From Dehalococcoidia bacterium UBA3088 (GTDB taxonomy: Bacteria > Chloroflexota > Dehalococcoidia > UBA2247 > UBA3088), in NCBI GenBank assembly GCA_002367275.1, contig DFBE01000039.1, positions 25,390 to 85,995 of the forward strand: a stretch of 60,606 nucleotides of DNA. Direction: 5' to 3'. The notes under the pieces are model-generated. The model did no database searches. It saw only the letters and a program-made list of their open reading frames with translations, and was not told the origin of the DNA. Below, piece after piece: positions 1 to 10,174 of this stretch. The number at the start of each line of letters is the position of its first letter. Position 1 is the stretch's first letter. Both the position numbers and the translations under genes were made by a program.

Positions 1-42
1 GGTTTAGGAAACCGCTGCTCTATCCACCTGAGCTACAGGGGC
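1..42 (-). tRNA. tRNA-Arg(CCU), 5' portion only (cut by window edge)
   Basis: Reverse complement reads GCCCCTG-TA-GCTC-AGGTGGATA-GAGC-A-GCGGT-TTCCTAA-ACC. It has U8/A9, a D-arm, and an anticodon loop with CCT at positions 34-36. Confidence 0.7.
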
Positions 43-43
43 C

Positions 44-115
44 TGGAGATAGGGGGACTTGAACCCCCGACCTCTTGCATGCGAGGCAAGCGCTCTCCCG
101 CTGAGCTATATCCCC
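44..115 (-). tRNA. tRNA-Ala(CGC)
   Basis: Reverse complement folds as a 72-nt cloverleaf. The acceptor is GGGGATA/TATCTCC with the G3:U70 Ala identity pair, the anticodon loop is CTCGCAT, and the T-arm is GGGGG-TTCAAGT-CCCCC. No CCA is encoded. Confidence 0.85.
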
Positions 116-120
116 TTTCA

Positions 121-1377
121 CTATGACATAAGGCCGATATCCTGGCGATAGCGGCATCCCTCAAACTGAAGGCGGTTAACATTGGAGTACACCCGTTCTC
201 TGGCTTCGGCCACATCTTTTCCCCTCCCTACCACCGTAAGCACCCTCCCCCCATTGGTTAACAGCCTCCCTTCCCTCTCCACTGTCCCCCCCTGGAACAC
301 CATAATATCTTCATCCAATCTATTCAGCCCGGTTATGGGAAGTCCAGGGGTGTAGCTTTGAGGATAACCCCCTGAAGCCATTACCACTCCCACACAGGCA
401 TCGCTATCCCACTCCGGGGTAACATTATCCAGCCTTCCTTGAACTGTAGCCAGCATAATATCTATCAGATCGTTTTTAAGGCGAGGGAGGATGACCTGGG
501 TCTCGGGATCGCCAAAGCGAGCATTGAACTCCAGCACTTTTGGCCCGTCGGAAGTCACCATCAGCCCGGCATATAGGACTCCCCTGAATTCTCTTCCTTC
601 CCTATTCATGGCCCTGACTACTGGTCTGAGTATATCCTCAGTTGCTCTATGAGCCTCAGCATCATCGAAAAAGCGGGGCGGGCTGTAGCTTCCCATACCC
701 CCGGTGTTGGGGCCCTGATCCTGGTTATAGGCCCTTTTGTAATCACAGGCAGGCACCATGGGGAGAATATCATGGCCGTCGCTGAACGCCAGAAGGCTCA
801 CCTCTCTGCCCTCAAGACACTCCTCAATTATCACTTTTTTGCCTGCGTCGCCCAGCTTTCCTTCCTGCATAAGGCCTGAAACATAAATCAGGGCTTCATC
901 CGAAGATGAAGCTATCATCACTCCTTTGCCCCCCGCTAGCCCATCAGCCTTGATTACCAGAGGTGGCTTTGTTTCCTGGATAAACCTCGCTGCATCAGTA
1001 AAATCGGTAAAGATAGTCCCCCTGGCTTGAGGGATAGCATATTTACTTAGCAGCATCTTACAGAAGGCCTTACTGGATTCAATGAGTGTCCCTTCCCTTG
1101 TGGGTCCAAATATAGACCGCCCCTTTTCCCGGAACGCATTCACCATCCCCAACACCAGTGGCCCTTCAGGGCCCACTACCGTGAGGTCAACTTTGTACTC
1201 TTGTGCTGCGGTCAGAAGAGAGCTGATATCGTGGGCAGAGATGGGAAGATTGTGAGCGACGGCTTTGGTTCCCCCATTTCCGGGAGCCGCGTACACTTCC
1301 TCCACTCTGGGGCTTTCACGAATTTTCCACGCCAGGGCATGTTCCCTTCCCCCGCTCCCCACGACCATCACTCTCAT
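121..1377 (-). CDS. purD: phosphoribosylamine--glycine ligase
   Basis: 418-aa ORF. N-terminus is MRVMVVGSGGREHALAWK, and the ATP-grasp core contains FNARFGDPETQ, which is typical of PurD. Confidence 0.95.
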   Translation of the reverse strand: MRVMVVGSGGREHALAWKIRESPRVEEVYAAPGNGGTKAVAHNLPISAHDISSLLTAAQEYKVDLTVVGPEGPLVLGMVNAFREKGRSIFGPTREGTLIESSKAFCKMLLSKYAIPQARGTIFTDFTDAARFIQETKPPLVIKADGLAGGKGVMIASSSDEALIYVSGLMQEGKLGDAGKKVIIEECLEGREVSLLAFSDGHDILPMVPACDYKRAYNQDQGPNTGGMGSYSPPRFFDDAEAHRATEDILRPVVRAMNREGREFRGVLYAGLMVTSDGPKVLEFNARFGDPETQVILPRLKNDLIDIMLATVQGRLDNVTPEWDSDACVGVVMASGGYPQSYTPGLPITGLNRLDEDIMVFQGGTVEREGRLLTNGGRVLTVVGRGKDVAEARERVYSNVNRLQFEGCRYRQDIGLMS

Positions 1378-1450
1378 CTCTTTTTCTTCTTATGTTTTCG
1401 ATTACTCTTGACCCCCTTAAGCTTTGGTCGGTGTGACATCGTTTTACCTC

Positions 1451-1636
1451 CTAAAGGCCGGGCTCGATACGCTCGATAGCTTGAAACAGCTCCACGACCT
1501 GTCTTTTCTTCTGATTATAGATACTCCTTAAACATTCCTTGGCCTCCTTCCCTTCCACAGAGTCAATGTATTCCTCATACTGGTTTAAGGCCATAAGTTC
1601 ATCTATCAATGCCTCCCGAAGTGTGGTCACATCCAT
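1451..1636 (-). CDS. small helical hypothetical protein (possibly half-ferritin-like)
   Basis: 61-aa ORF between guaA and purD on the same strand. The ALIDELMALNQYEEY stretch resembles ferritin-like helix motifs. No firm family assignment. Confidence 0.45.
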   Translation of the reverse strand: MDVTTLREALIDELMALNQYEEYIDSVEGKEAKECLRSIYNQKKRQVVELFQAIERIEPGL

Positions 1637-1652
1637 TTAGCTACCTCCTTTC

Positions 1653-3224
1653 TTATTCCCACTCTATGGTGGCGGGTGGTTTGGGGGAAATGTCATAAAC
1701 TACCCGACTTACCCCCGGAACTTCATTCACAATGCGGGCGGAAATGCGGGAGAGGAGGTCATAGGGGAGTCTGACCCAGTCAGCAGTCATAGCATCCTTA
1801 CTCTCCACTGCCCGGAGGGCTACCAGATAACCATAGGTTCGGGCATCCCCCACCACCCCTACGCTCCTTACATCAGTGAGCACAGCAAAACACTGCCATA
1901 TTTCGTGGTATAGCTTAGCTTTCTTGATCTCATTCATCACCACCCAATCTGCCATTCTCAAGATCTCCAGCTTTTCTGGGGTCACCTCCCCGATGATACG
2001 TATGGCTAAACCTGGGCCGGGGAAGGGTTGGCGCCACACCGCTTCAGGAGGTAGTCCCAAGGCCAGGCCTATCTCCCTCACCTCATCCTTAAACAGGAAG
2101 CGGAGAGGTTCGATGAGCTTAAGCCCCATCTTCTCCGGCAACCCTCCCACATTGTGATGGCTTTTTATCCGTTGAGCCGACCCTACTGCACTTTCGATAA
2201 CATCAGGGTATAGCGTTCCCTGGGCCAGAAAATCAACCCGGCCAATTTCTGTGGCCTCCTCCTCAAAGACACGAATGAACTCCTCCCCGATGACCTTACG
2301 CTTGAGCTCAGGGTCGGTAACCCCTTTAAGTCGATTAAGAAATCTCTGCGTAGCATCAGCATAGGTTACATCTATCCCGATCTTTTTAAATGCCGCCAGT
2401 TCCCTCTCTGATTCCTCACGGCGGAGTAGCCCATTGTTGACGAATATACACTTGAGCTGCTCTCCCACTGCCTTATGCACCAAAGTGGCGGTCACTGTGG
2501 AGTCAACTCCCCCCGAAGTGGCACAGATAACATTCCCCTCCCCTACTTTTTGCTTTATCTCACGCATGCTCTGGGAAATGATGCTACTTACTGTCCAGTT
2601 TCCCTCACATCCGCAAATGCGATACAGGAAGTTTTGCAATATCTCCTTCCCCCGGGGAGTATGGCTCACCTCAGGATGGAATTGTATTCCGAATATTCTC
2701 CTGTCCTCCCCTATGGCAGCCATAGGGCAATTTTCCGTAGACCCCAAAATCTCAAATCCGGGGGGTAGGTCTACCACCTGATCACCATGGCTCATCCATA
2801 CTTCAAATGAAGGTGGAAGGTTCCAGAATAGAGGAGATTTCGACCTCTGATGCAGAATGGAGGGACCATATTCCTGCCTTTCGGTTTGCCTTACCTTTCC
2901 CCCCTGCTGATAAACGATGGCCTGCATCCCATAGCATATCCCCAGTATGGGTAAGTTTTTATCATATATAGAAGAAGAAGGCATGATCGCCCCCGCGTCA
3001 TAAACATTTCCCGGACCCCCGGAGAATATTAATCCTCGGGGGCTGAGCTCAGCTACTTGCTCCCAGGGAACATCCGGGGAAAAGACCTCACAATACACCT
3101 TAAGCTCTCTCACTCTTCGAGCAATGAGGAGGCTGTATTGACTGCCAAAGTCGATAACTGCTACTGCATCAACCCTGGCTATTTCTGCTTCCTTTGGTTC
3201 AGTCAGGGGTAAATGGGACTCCAT
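1653..3224 (-). CDS. guaA: GMP synthase (glutamine-hydrolysing)
   Basis: 523 aa. Contains an N-terminal class-I amidotransferase (GICYGMQ, HPEV), an ATP-PPase P-loop (SGGVDS), and the C-terminal PPATIEWE. Confidence 0.95.
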   Translation of the reverse strand: MESHLPLTEPKEAEIARVDAVAVIDFGSQYSLLIARRVRELKVYCEVFSPDVPWEQVAELSPRGLIFSGGPGNVYDAGAIMPSSSIYDKNLPILGICYGMQAIVYQQGGKVRQTERQEYGPSILHQRSKSPLFWNLPPSFEVWMSHGDQVVDLPPGFEILGSTENCPMAAIGEDRRIFGIQFHPEVSHTPRGKEILQNFLYRICGCEGNWTVSSIISQSMREIKQKVGEGNVICATSGGVDSTVTATLVHKAVGEQLKCIFVNNGLLRREESERELAAFKKIGIDVTYADATQRFLNRLKGVTDPELKRKVIGEEFIRVFEEEATEIGRVDFLAQGTLYPDVIESAVGSAQRIKSHHNVGGLPEKMGLKLIEPLRFLFKDEVREIGLALGLPPEAVWRQPFPGPGLAIRIIGEVTPEKLEILRMADWVVMNEIKKAKLYHEIWQCFAVLTDVRSVGVVGDARTYGYLVALRAVESKDAMTADWVRLPYDLLSRISARIVNEVPGVSRVVYDISPKPPATIEWE

Positions 3225-3336
3225 CGTTTTGCCTTTAGAATAATTATAACCTTCTCCCTACTCCTTGAAAACATGGTTTGGATGCTACCCTTACCAATCT
3301 CTTGCCAAGCAGGCAGTGGCTATGTGATACTTTGGA

Positions 3337-5331
3337 TTGCATCCTCAGAGTCGAATGAAGTCGCCTCTCAGGTTGTGGAAAATGACGGATAAGGAATTTG
3401 TACCCTACGTGCCGGCGGAGAAAACTTTGCCCGAATTTACATTGAAGGCGATTCTCATAGGGGCGATGCTAACCATAATCTTTGGAGCTGCCAACTGCTA
3501 TCTTGGACTATATGCAGGAATGACTGTTTGTGCGAGCATTCCTGCTGCGGTCATATCTATGGGGATACTCAAAGGAGTTCTAAAAAAAGGAACAATATTA
3601 GAAAACAACATGGCTCAGACCATTGGATCTGCCGGAGAATCCCTGGCCGCGGGCATAATATTCACCATCCCGGCTTTAGTTATCGTAGGCGCCTGGGAAG
3701 AATTTCCTTATTGGCCGATTTTCTTCGTCACTCTACTGGGTGGCTTACTGGGTGTGTCGTTTATGATACCGCTCAGGCAAGCTTTTATTGTTGAGGAAGA
3801 GGAGCTGGTATATCCCGAAGGTCTTGCTTGCGATAAAGTCCTGGAAGTTGGGGATAAGGGAGGGGTTGGGGTAATATACGTTTTTTTAGCTTTAGCCGTA
3901 GGTGCTCTATTTAAGTTCTTCACCACTGGGGCTCGATTGGTTAAGCAGACTGTAGAGGGATCAGTTGTGGCCGGAAAAAGCACCCTTTACTTTGGCGGTG
4001 ATATGTCAGTTGCCCTCCTGGGGGTTGGTTATATAGTTGGTTTTAACATTGGGTCATTGATTTTTATAGGGGGTGTGATCGCCTGGCTGGTTGCCATACC
4101 CATTTATTCCGGTTTACACGTGACTTCGCTTACGGGTATGGCACCTTTAGATATAGCCTGGCACTTATGGGAATCTCAAATAAGATATATGGGTGTAGGA
4201 GCTATGCTGGTAGGAGGCATCTGGTCTATAATAAGTGCCCGTCATGGGATACTCTCTGGATTCAATAAGGCGGTGGCCGGGTTTAAGCGTGCCCAAGCAA
4301 CGGTCAGCATAAAAAGGACGGAGATGGATCTACCCATGAACAAGGTGTTGCTCGCAGTTATTCCAGTTGCTATGGCTATTTTCGGACTATACTACTTCGT
4401 AATTGGCTCATTAGCTATAAGTTTTGTGGCCACCATCGCCATGATTATAGCCGGATTCTTTTTCGTGGCTGTATCCAGTTACATAGTTGGCCTGGTAGGG
4501 AGTTCAAACAACCCGGTATCTGGAATGACCATTTGTACTGTGCTTTTTGCTTCGGGATTGCTTTTAGCTTGTGGCATGACGGGTTTACCTGGGCTTGTGG
4601 CAGCTATGATGGTCGCAGCAGTGGTGTGCATAGCATCTTGTTCAGCCGGGGATATGTCTCAAGACCTGAAGACTGGATACCTGGTGGGAGCTACGCCCAG
4701 AAAACAGCAGTTGGGACAGGTGATGGGAGTTCTGTTTCCTTGTTTTATTATGGCTCCCATACTCACTTTACTTCTTAAAGGCTATGGATTTATGGGTGCT
4801 CAAGGTGAGATAGTGGGAGGTCCGGCGGGCCAAACTGTGGGTGAGGCATTGAAAGCACCTCAGGCGAGTTTATTCGCCGCTCTTACGGACATGATGTTTA
4901 CCGGCCAGAGGCTACCCTGGGATATGTTTTTAACCGGCGCTATCATTGCTAGCTTGATAATAGTGGCCGACCAGGTGTTAAAGAATAAGAAATCCTCGTT
5001 CAGGATGCATGTTATGCCTGTGGCAGTTGGTATCTACCTTCCTCTATCGTTAGCCGTGCCAATTTTTGCCGGAGGTATACTCAACTCCGTTGTAAGAAGA
5101 ATTACCCGAAGGAGAGCTGTCGAGGACGAAGAAGAGGCAAATCACCGGGGAATATTGGTAAGCTCCGGTTTAATAGCCGGAGAAGCTATGATGGGCATCT
5201 TGCTGGCTGGCGTCATAGTGGCAGGTGTTTCTCTGCCCACCATTATTGACAGTAACATCGTTTCCCTTCTCATATTTGTCTTAATGATAGCTTTCCTAAT
5301 CCACATAGCTTTAAGAGGGAAGAAAGCCTGA
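3337..5331 (+). CDS. OPT-superfamily oligopeptide transporter
   Basis: 664-aa polytopic membrane ORF with an OPT-like N-terminal block (FTLKAILIGAMLTIIFGAANCYLGLYAGMT). The true start may be an internal ATG at 3355 or 3382. Confidence 0.8.
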   Translation: MHPQSRMKSPLRLWKMTDKEFVPYVPAEKTLPEFTLKAILIGAMLTIIFGAANCYLGLYAGMTVCASIPAAVISMGILKGVLKKGTILENNMAQTIGSAGESLAAGIIFTIPALVIVGAWEEFPYWPIFFVTLLGGLLGVSFMIPLRQAFIVEEEELVYPEGLACDKVLEVGDKGGVGVIYVFLALAVGALFKFFTTGARLVKQTVEGSVVAGKSTLYFGGDMSVALLGVGYIVGFNIGSLIFIGGVIAWLVAIPIYSGLHVTSLTGMAPLDIAWHLWESQIRYMGVGAMLVGGIWSIISARHGILSGFNKAVAGFKRAQATVSIKRTEMDLPMNKVLLAVIPVAMAIFGLYYFVIGSLAISFVATIAMIIAGFFFVAVSSYIVGLVGSSNNPVSGMTICTVLFASGLLLACGMTGLPGLVAAMMVAAVVCIASCSAGDMSQDLKTGYLVGATPRKQQLGQVMGVLFPCFIMAPILTLLLKGYGFMGAQGEIVGGPAGQTVGEALKAPQASLFAALTDMMFTGQRLPWDMFLTGAIIASLIIVADQVLKNKKSSFRMHVMPVAVGIYLPLSLAVPIFAGGILNSVVRRITRRRAVEDEEEANHRGILVSSGLIAGEAMMGILLAGVIVAGVSLPTIIDSNIVSLLIFVLMIAFLIHIALRGKKA

Positions 5332-5347
5332 ACATCGCCTTTGAAAA

Positions 5348-5680
5348 ATGAACAGGAACTTACTGGAGATGATACCAAAAAGAGGGGAATACAAGTGGGA
5401 GCTAGAAAGTAATAACATACTTATAGCCATGCCCAGGTTAAGAAGCTCAATTGGTAAAAAGTTCATTAAATTAGCTGGCAAGAGTCCTACCTATAAGCTA
5501 AAGCTAGACCAATTTTGCTCCTTCTTCTGGCTGGAGTGTGATGGCATGAAAACTGTAAACGAGATAGGAAAAGCACTAAGAAATCAATTCGGTGAGGAGG
5601 CGGAGCCGCTCTATCAGCGCCTTCCACAGCTTTTGAAAGTAATGGAGAGGAATAAACTGATAAGGTTTGAATCTGACTAA
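5348..5680 (+). CDS. PqqD-family (RRE-like) small protein
   Basis: 110 aa. The C-terminal 60 residues (FFWLECDGMKTVNEIGKALRNQFGEEAEPLYQRLPQLLKVMERNKLIRF) fit the PqqD winged-helix pattern. The gene starts 17 nt after the OPT stop. Confidence 0.65.
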   Translation: MNRNLLEMIPKRGEYKWELESNNILIAMPRLRSSIGKKFIKLAGKSPTYKLKLDQFCSFFWLECDGMKTVNEIGKALRNQFGEEAEPLYQRLPQLLKVMERNKLIRFESD

Positions 5681-7143
5681 GGGTGATGATGTGATTTGAG
5701 CTTGCTTACGGCGATGGCAGCAACCAGTACCAGTAAGGCCATACCCCAACCCCCCAGAAGCAAGAACTTCAGAGGATAATCTCCATAGGCCACCTCAACC
5801 TCATCTATGAAGTACCTTATGAGGGAGTAACCCAATACTACCGGGGTAACAAACTTGATCATGACATCCCACCATAGACCTGTCTTGATGTCCGATATGG
5901 GATTTATAAACTTCTTGAAGCGTTTGGTGCCGAAGAACCAACCAATCAGGAGGACTTCCACCAGGCCGGCGGCGGCCAGCCCGAAGTTGTTTATGAAGTG
6001 GTCGACAATATCTAACCAGTATATCCCACCGTTGGTGGAGTATAAAAGCCCCATGGCGAGAGCGATAATGCTTACCATCCCGGTTGCTCTCCTTCGGGTG
6101 AGTCCCCACTTATCCATGAAGGCAGCGGTGTTTACCTCTATCAAGGAAAAGGCAGAGTCAATGGCTAAGGTGAGGAGAGCAAGAAAGAAAACCACTCCAA
6201 ATAGCGTGGAGAGAGTAGGGAGAAGTTCAATGGCGGTGGGGATGGTGATGAAGGCCAATCCGATACCTGAACTGACCACATCTGGTACGGCCGCCCCGGT
6301 GGTATGCGCCATGTAGCCCAGGATGCTGAATATGGTAAGTCCACACAAAAAACTGATGCCACAATCAGCCAGGCTGACAATGAAGGCATTACCCGTGACG
6401 TCAGAGTTTCGGGGTTTATGACTGGCATAGACTATCATTACCCCCATGGCTAGAGATAAGCTGAAGAATACCTGAGAGTAGGCCTGCACCCAAACTTGAG
6501 AGCGGGTCAGGGCACTGAAATCGGGGGTAAGGTAAAACTCCAGGCCATCCATGGCCCCTGGCAAGGTAAGCCCCCTCACCATCAATATGGTTATGAGGAT
6601 GATAGGAAGGGGAACAGTCCACAACACTACCTTGCTTATACGCTCAGGACCGCGATAAATTATTAAGCCCATGATGATGCAGGAGAGGATGAGCCCAGCT
6701 AGGAGGGGCCATACCAGGCCACCCACATCTCCCGGACCCTCGCTCACCCTGAGTACATCATGGTAGAAGAATCCTTGAGCATCCTTCCCCCAGCCTAAGC
6801 TAAATGAGTGGTAAAGATAGTTCCAGCACCAGGCCATGATTACGGTGTAATAGCCCACAATGATGAGGGCTATCCAGGTTGGCCACCACCCTACCCATTC
6901 CCACCTTTTGCCTACACCACGCCAGGAAAATGGAGCTGAACTTTGCATCATCTGTCCCAGGCCGATCTCCAGCATCATAAGGGGAATGCCGCAGGTGAGT
7001 AGAGCCACAAAGTAGGGAATGAGAAAGGCACCTCCGCCATTGGAGTAACATACATAGGGGAAGCGCCATAGATTTCCCAGGCCCACTGCTGACCCGACGG
7101 CGGCAAACACAAAGGCAGGGCGATTAAGCCATCTCTCTCTCAC
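5677..7143 (-). CDS. sodium-dependent transporter, neurotransmitter:sodium symporter (SNF/NSS) family
   Basis: 488 aa, multi-TM, with the N-terminal NSS signature AVGSAVGLGNLWRFPY. Confidence 0.9.
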   Translation of the reverse strand: MRERWLNRPAFVFAAVGSAVGLGNLWRFPYVCYSNGGGAFLIPYFVALLTCGIPLMMLEIGLGQMMQSSAPFSWRGVGKRWEWVGWWPTWIALIIVGYYTVIMAWCWNYLYHSFSLGWGKDAQGFFYHDVLRVSEGPGDVGGLVWPLLAGLILSCIIMGLIIYRGPERISKVVLWTVPLPIILITILMVRGLTLPGAMDGLEFYLTPDFSALTRSQVWVQAYSQVFFSLSLAMGVMIVYASHKPRNSDVTGNAFIVSLADCGISFLCGLTIFSILGYMAHTTGAAVPDVVSSGIGLAFITIPTAIELLPTLSTLFGVVFFLALLTLAIDSAFSLIEVNTAAFMDKWGLTRRRATGMVSIIALAMGLLYSTNGGIYWLDIVDHFINNFGLAAAGLVEVLLIGWFFGTKRFKKFINPISDIKTGLWWDVMIKFVTPVVLGYSLIRYFIDEVEVAYGDYPLKFLLLGGWGMALLVLVAAIAVSKLKSHHHP

Positions 7144-7145
7144 CG

Positions 7146-7766
7146 CTAAGCTTTAAGATGGCAAGTATCGTTTATGAGCATTACCCTCAATCTTTCCCCC
7201 CTTACCTCCACGAGGTTTACAGCACAGGTGTACTGCTCTATCTGCCAGAAATGGGAGTTATCTATGCCCAAGATACCCAGGATGAGGACCTTGCACACCA
7301 TTTTGTGGGAGACAAGAACGATCGTTTCCTCTTCGTGCTGGAAAAGAAGGCCTCTCAGCGCCTCCATGACCCTTTCTCTTACCTTGTCCAGACTTTCCCC
7401 CTGGGGGAAGGTAACCTCATGGGGGTTTTGAAACCACCTTTGGTAAAGCTCAGGGTAAAGGCTAACTGCCTCCTCATGGGAAAGCCCCTGCCATTGGCCG
7501 AAGTCAAGGTCAATAAGACCTTCCAGGGGCTTGACCTTGAGCTTAAATGGAGAGGTCAGAATCTCTGCCGTCCTTAAGGCTCGCTTTAAGGGGCTGGAAT
7601 AGATTGCCTTTACCGGCCAGGAAGCTACCCTTTTTGCCGTAAGCTCAGCCTGCCTTATCCCCACATCATCCAGGTCGATATCTGCCCGACCCCGGAACTT
7701 TTCCCCTGCTTGCTCATTCCACCGGGTTTGCCCATGCCTTATCAGTAAGATCACTTTCTTGCTCAA
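7146..7766 (-). CDS. histidine phosphatase family protein (phosphoglycerate mutase / CobC-like)
   Basis: 206 aa with the catalytic LIRHGQTRWN (RHG) motif and a downstream SH..V block. It lies 2 nt from the NSS gene. Confidence 0.85.
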   Translation of the reverse strand: MSKKVILLIRHGQTRWNEQAGEKFRGRADIDLDDVGIRQAELTAKRVASWPVKAIYSSPLKRALRTAEILTSPFKLKVKPLEGLIDLDFGQWQGLSHEEAVSLYPELYQRWFQNPHEVTFPQGESLDKVRERVMEALRGLLFQHEEETIVLVSHKMVCKVLILGILGIDNSHFWQIEQYTCAVNLVEVRGERLRVMLINDTCHLKA

Positions 7767-8222
7767 TTATCCGTCTTTGAGAGACAAAGTATCAAGTAAG
7801 CTCGACCCTTATATTCTGCCCTGCCCCTTCATTCGGTTTGGGAAAGGGCTCCAGCATCTTGGGGTGTGTACTTGGTTGGTATCCACAGGCCGATTTGTCC
7901 TGGACATTGATAACGATCAAGACGGTACTCTCTAAGCATAGAGTATGATTACCCACTCCTCTCTATTTTACTTCAACCAAAATATTTTAAACGAAGTCTT
8001 CTATCTGGCCCTTCTGTCTGTGGTATACTTGTCCATATTGGGTAGCCTCTTCTGCTTAGAATTTAGGAGTTATCTCTCTTTCCTATTCTGCAAGAGTTGT
8101 CGCTCATCGGGGTCTATAGAAACTTCACCCACTTCCTCATTCTATCTCCACTATGGACTGTGTATCATGACATCGCTACTGTACAAGTACACTGGCATTG
8201 ACACTGTAAAAAGAGCTGGAGG

Positions 8223-9317
8223 ATGGTTGTTGTTATTGGGGGTGCTAACGGCGAGCACCTGTTGCGGGTGAATCCGGGTCACTTCCACCTGGGGGGTAAA
8301 TATATGGCGACCCCTCTGCCCATGATGGTGGGGGGGAGTGGGGTTAACTATGCCTGTCGTCTCTTAGCCATGGGTATTCCAGTGTTTCCCATTCTGCCAT
8401 TGGCCAATGATGATGTAGGGCAAATGGTAACCATCATGCTGGGAGCTGCGGCGAATGTGGGTAGCAGCGTTCTTGGCCTTGAGGATCTGTATATGAGGGG
8501 CAATAATTTAACTACCCCGTTTACCACTATCTTGGTCGTGGGTTCAGAGCGCACCATAATTAATGAATTTTCGACGAGCATCATTCAAGCCTTCTCTGAG
8601 CATTGGGAAAGGTGTCTTCATCATTTCCAGCGTACCAAGATGGCAGATGTGGTCATTATTGGCCACCTCCATGCCGATCGGTGCGACCCTCCTGGGCAGA
8701 GTGGGGGCATTTCAGAGAATATTATTTGCAGATTCCGTGCTCAGGGAGACAGCATATTCGTGAATTTCGGTGTCTCCCAGTACCGACTGGGGACCAACCG
8801 TTGGAGACATCTTTTGGACAAGGTAGAGTATTTTCAGCTTAACATCGATGAGATGAGGGAATTTGTAAGTGATGCCGGACTGGAAAGCATGGAGGACATA
8901 CTGGCTTGGTTCAGGGATAAGTGCACTGTAGCCATCACCATGGAGAGGATGGGTGCTGTTGCCCGCCTAAAAGGCTCAGATTCAGTGATACTGCTCTGGC
9001 CCTACGACCTGGGATTCGATGATATCCGAGACACAACCGGAGTAGGAGATGCATTCATGGCCGGTGTGGTGGCTCAAGCTCGGGAAACTCCCCTGGATAA
9101 CGATGACGCCCTGTGCCGGGTTCTGGAGAATGGAAGGCTCTGGGGAGCGTATGCCTGCACCACCCTGGGGGGAGCCAATGAATGCCCTACCCCCCCAGAA
9201 TTGGATGATTTCAGAAGTAGACATCGTCTACTTCTGGAGACTGAGTGTCGATCCCTGGATGAGGCTAAGCCTATGCTTCGGATCTTGGACCGCATCTTTC
9301 CCCAAACGGGAGCCTGA
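8223..9317 (+). CDS. PfkB-family carbohydrate/small-molecule kinase
   Basis: 364 aa. N-terminus is MVVVIGGAN, the C-terminus carries the PfkB signature TTGVGDAFMAG, and GGAGGA lies just upstream of the ATG. Confidence 0.8.
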   Translation: MVVVIGGANGEHLLRVNPGHFHLGGKYMATPLPMMVGGSGVNYACRLLAMGIPVFPILPLANDDVGQMVTIMLGAAANVGSSVLGLEDLYMRGNNLTTPFTTILVVGSERTIINEFSTSIIQAFSEHWERCLHHFQRTKMADVVIIGHLHADRCDPPGQSGGISENIICRFRAQGDSIFVNFGVSQYRLGTNRWRHLLDKVEYFQLNIDEMREFVSDAGLESMEDILAWFRDKCTVAITMERMGAVARLKGSDSVILLWPYDLGFDDIRDTTGVGDAFMAGVVAQARETPLDNDDALCRVLENGRLWGAYACTTLGGANECPTPPELDDFRSRHRLLLETECRSLDEAKPMLRILDRIFPQTGA

Positions 9318-9378
9318 TACAATCCTATGACAAAATCGCCTGGCCTTGTTAACACTCTGTTAACATTACTATGATATA

Positions 9379-10146
9379 ATGATTTACAGTAAAGTGAGGT
9401 TTGATCTTCATGTACATGCCAAGCTATCGAAACCCATCCCTTTCAGCATAGGCGATCTCGATCTCATGCTGGACCAGGCCCGAAGGAGAGGACTGGATGG
9501 CCTGGCCCTTACTGAGCATATCCACGCCCCTGAGTACTGGGAGATATATCAATCGCTCAGGAAGCGCTTTCCCTACCGAAAAGGGGTTTTCTACTTAAAC
9601 CCCCGCCTCTATCTTTTGAATGGGGCGGAAATTACTCTAAAGGATGGAGGCGACATCATCGCCCTGGGAGAGATGGAGGTACTAAGCTTCCTGGATAGAA
9701 CGTTAGGCCTAAGCCAGGGCTATCACCCCTCACTTCGTGAACTTTTGGATAAAAGCCCCCAGGATCTTTTGCTCACTGGAGCCCATCCCTTCCGGCCCAA
9801 CGGTGGGTTGATGAAGTATGCCCCCCGGGAACTCAAGCGTCTTTGTGCCCTGGAAATCAACGGCAGAGATTTTGGGCTGGAGGATCAAGTACGAAGAGCA
9901 GCCGGTGAGTTGGGGCTGCCCCTGGTGGGGGGAAGCGATGCTCATTTCTGGCCCCAGTTGGGAATCAGATCTACCCTTTTACCTCTCAGTAAGGTGGCTC
10001 TATCCGAGATCAAACATCTACTTCAGGAGGGAAAGGTGGAAGTAGAGTCCAGTGATGATGGTCCCCTGATGGTGGAGATATGCGCCCGGTATAAGCAAAA
10101 AGTGAAGGAAGCCCATGGGTTGACAAGGGCACCTGTAAGTCCGTAA
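9379..10146 (+). CDS. PHP-domain metal-dependent phosphoesterase
   Basis: 255 aa with the PHP His motifs DLHVHAKLS, LTEHIH and GGSDAHF. Confidence 0.8.
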   Translation: MIYSKVRFDLHVHAKLSKPIPFSIGDLDLMLDQARRRGLDGLALTEHIHAPEYWEIYQSLRKRFPYRKGVFYLNPRLYLLNGAEITLKDGGDIIALGEMEVLSFLDRTLGLSQGYHPSLRELLDKSPQDLLLTGAHPFRPNGGLMKYAPRELKRLCALEINGRDFGLEDQVRRAAGELGLPLVGGSDAHFWPQLGIRSTLLPLSKVALSEIKHLLQEGKVEVESSDDGPLMVEICARYKQKVKEAHGLTRAPVSP

Positions 10147-10174
10147 GATTGCTATAAAAGAAAGGAGGTATCTT

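Noticed and set aside
7945-8271. 108-aa ORF in the divergent spacer upstream of the PfkB gene.
   Set aside because: It has low-complexity Leu/Ser/Phe/Cys-rich composition and no RBS. It runs into the well-supported PfkB start (GGAGGA + ATG at 8223) in another frame. It is probably non-coding.
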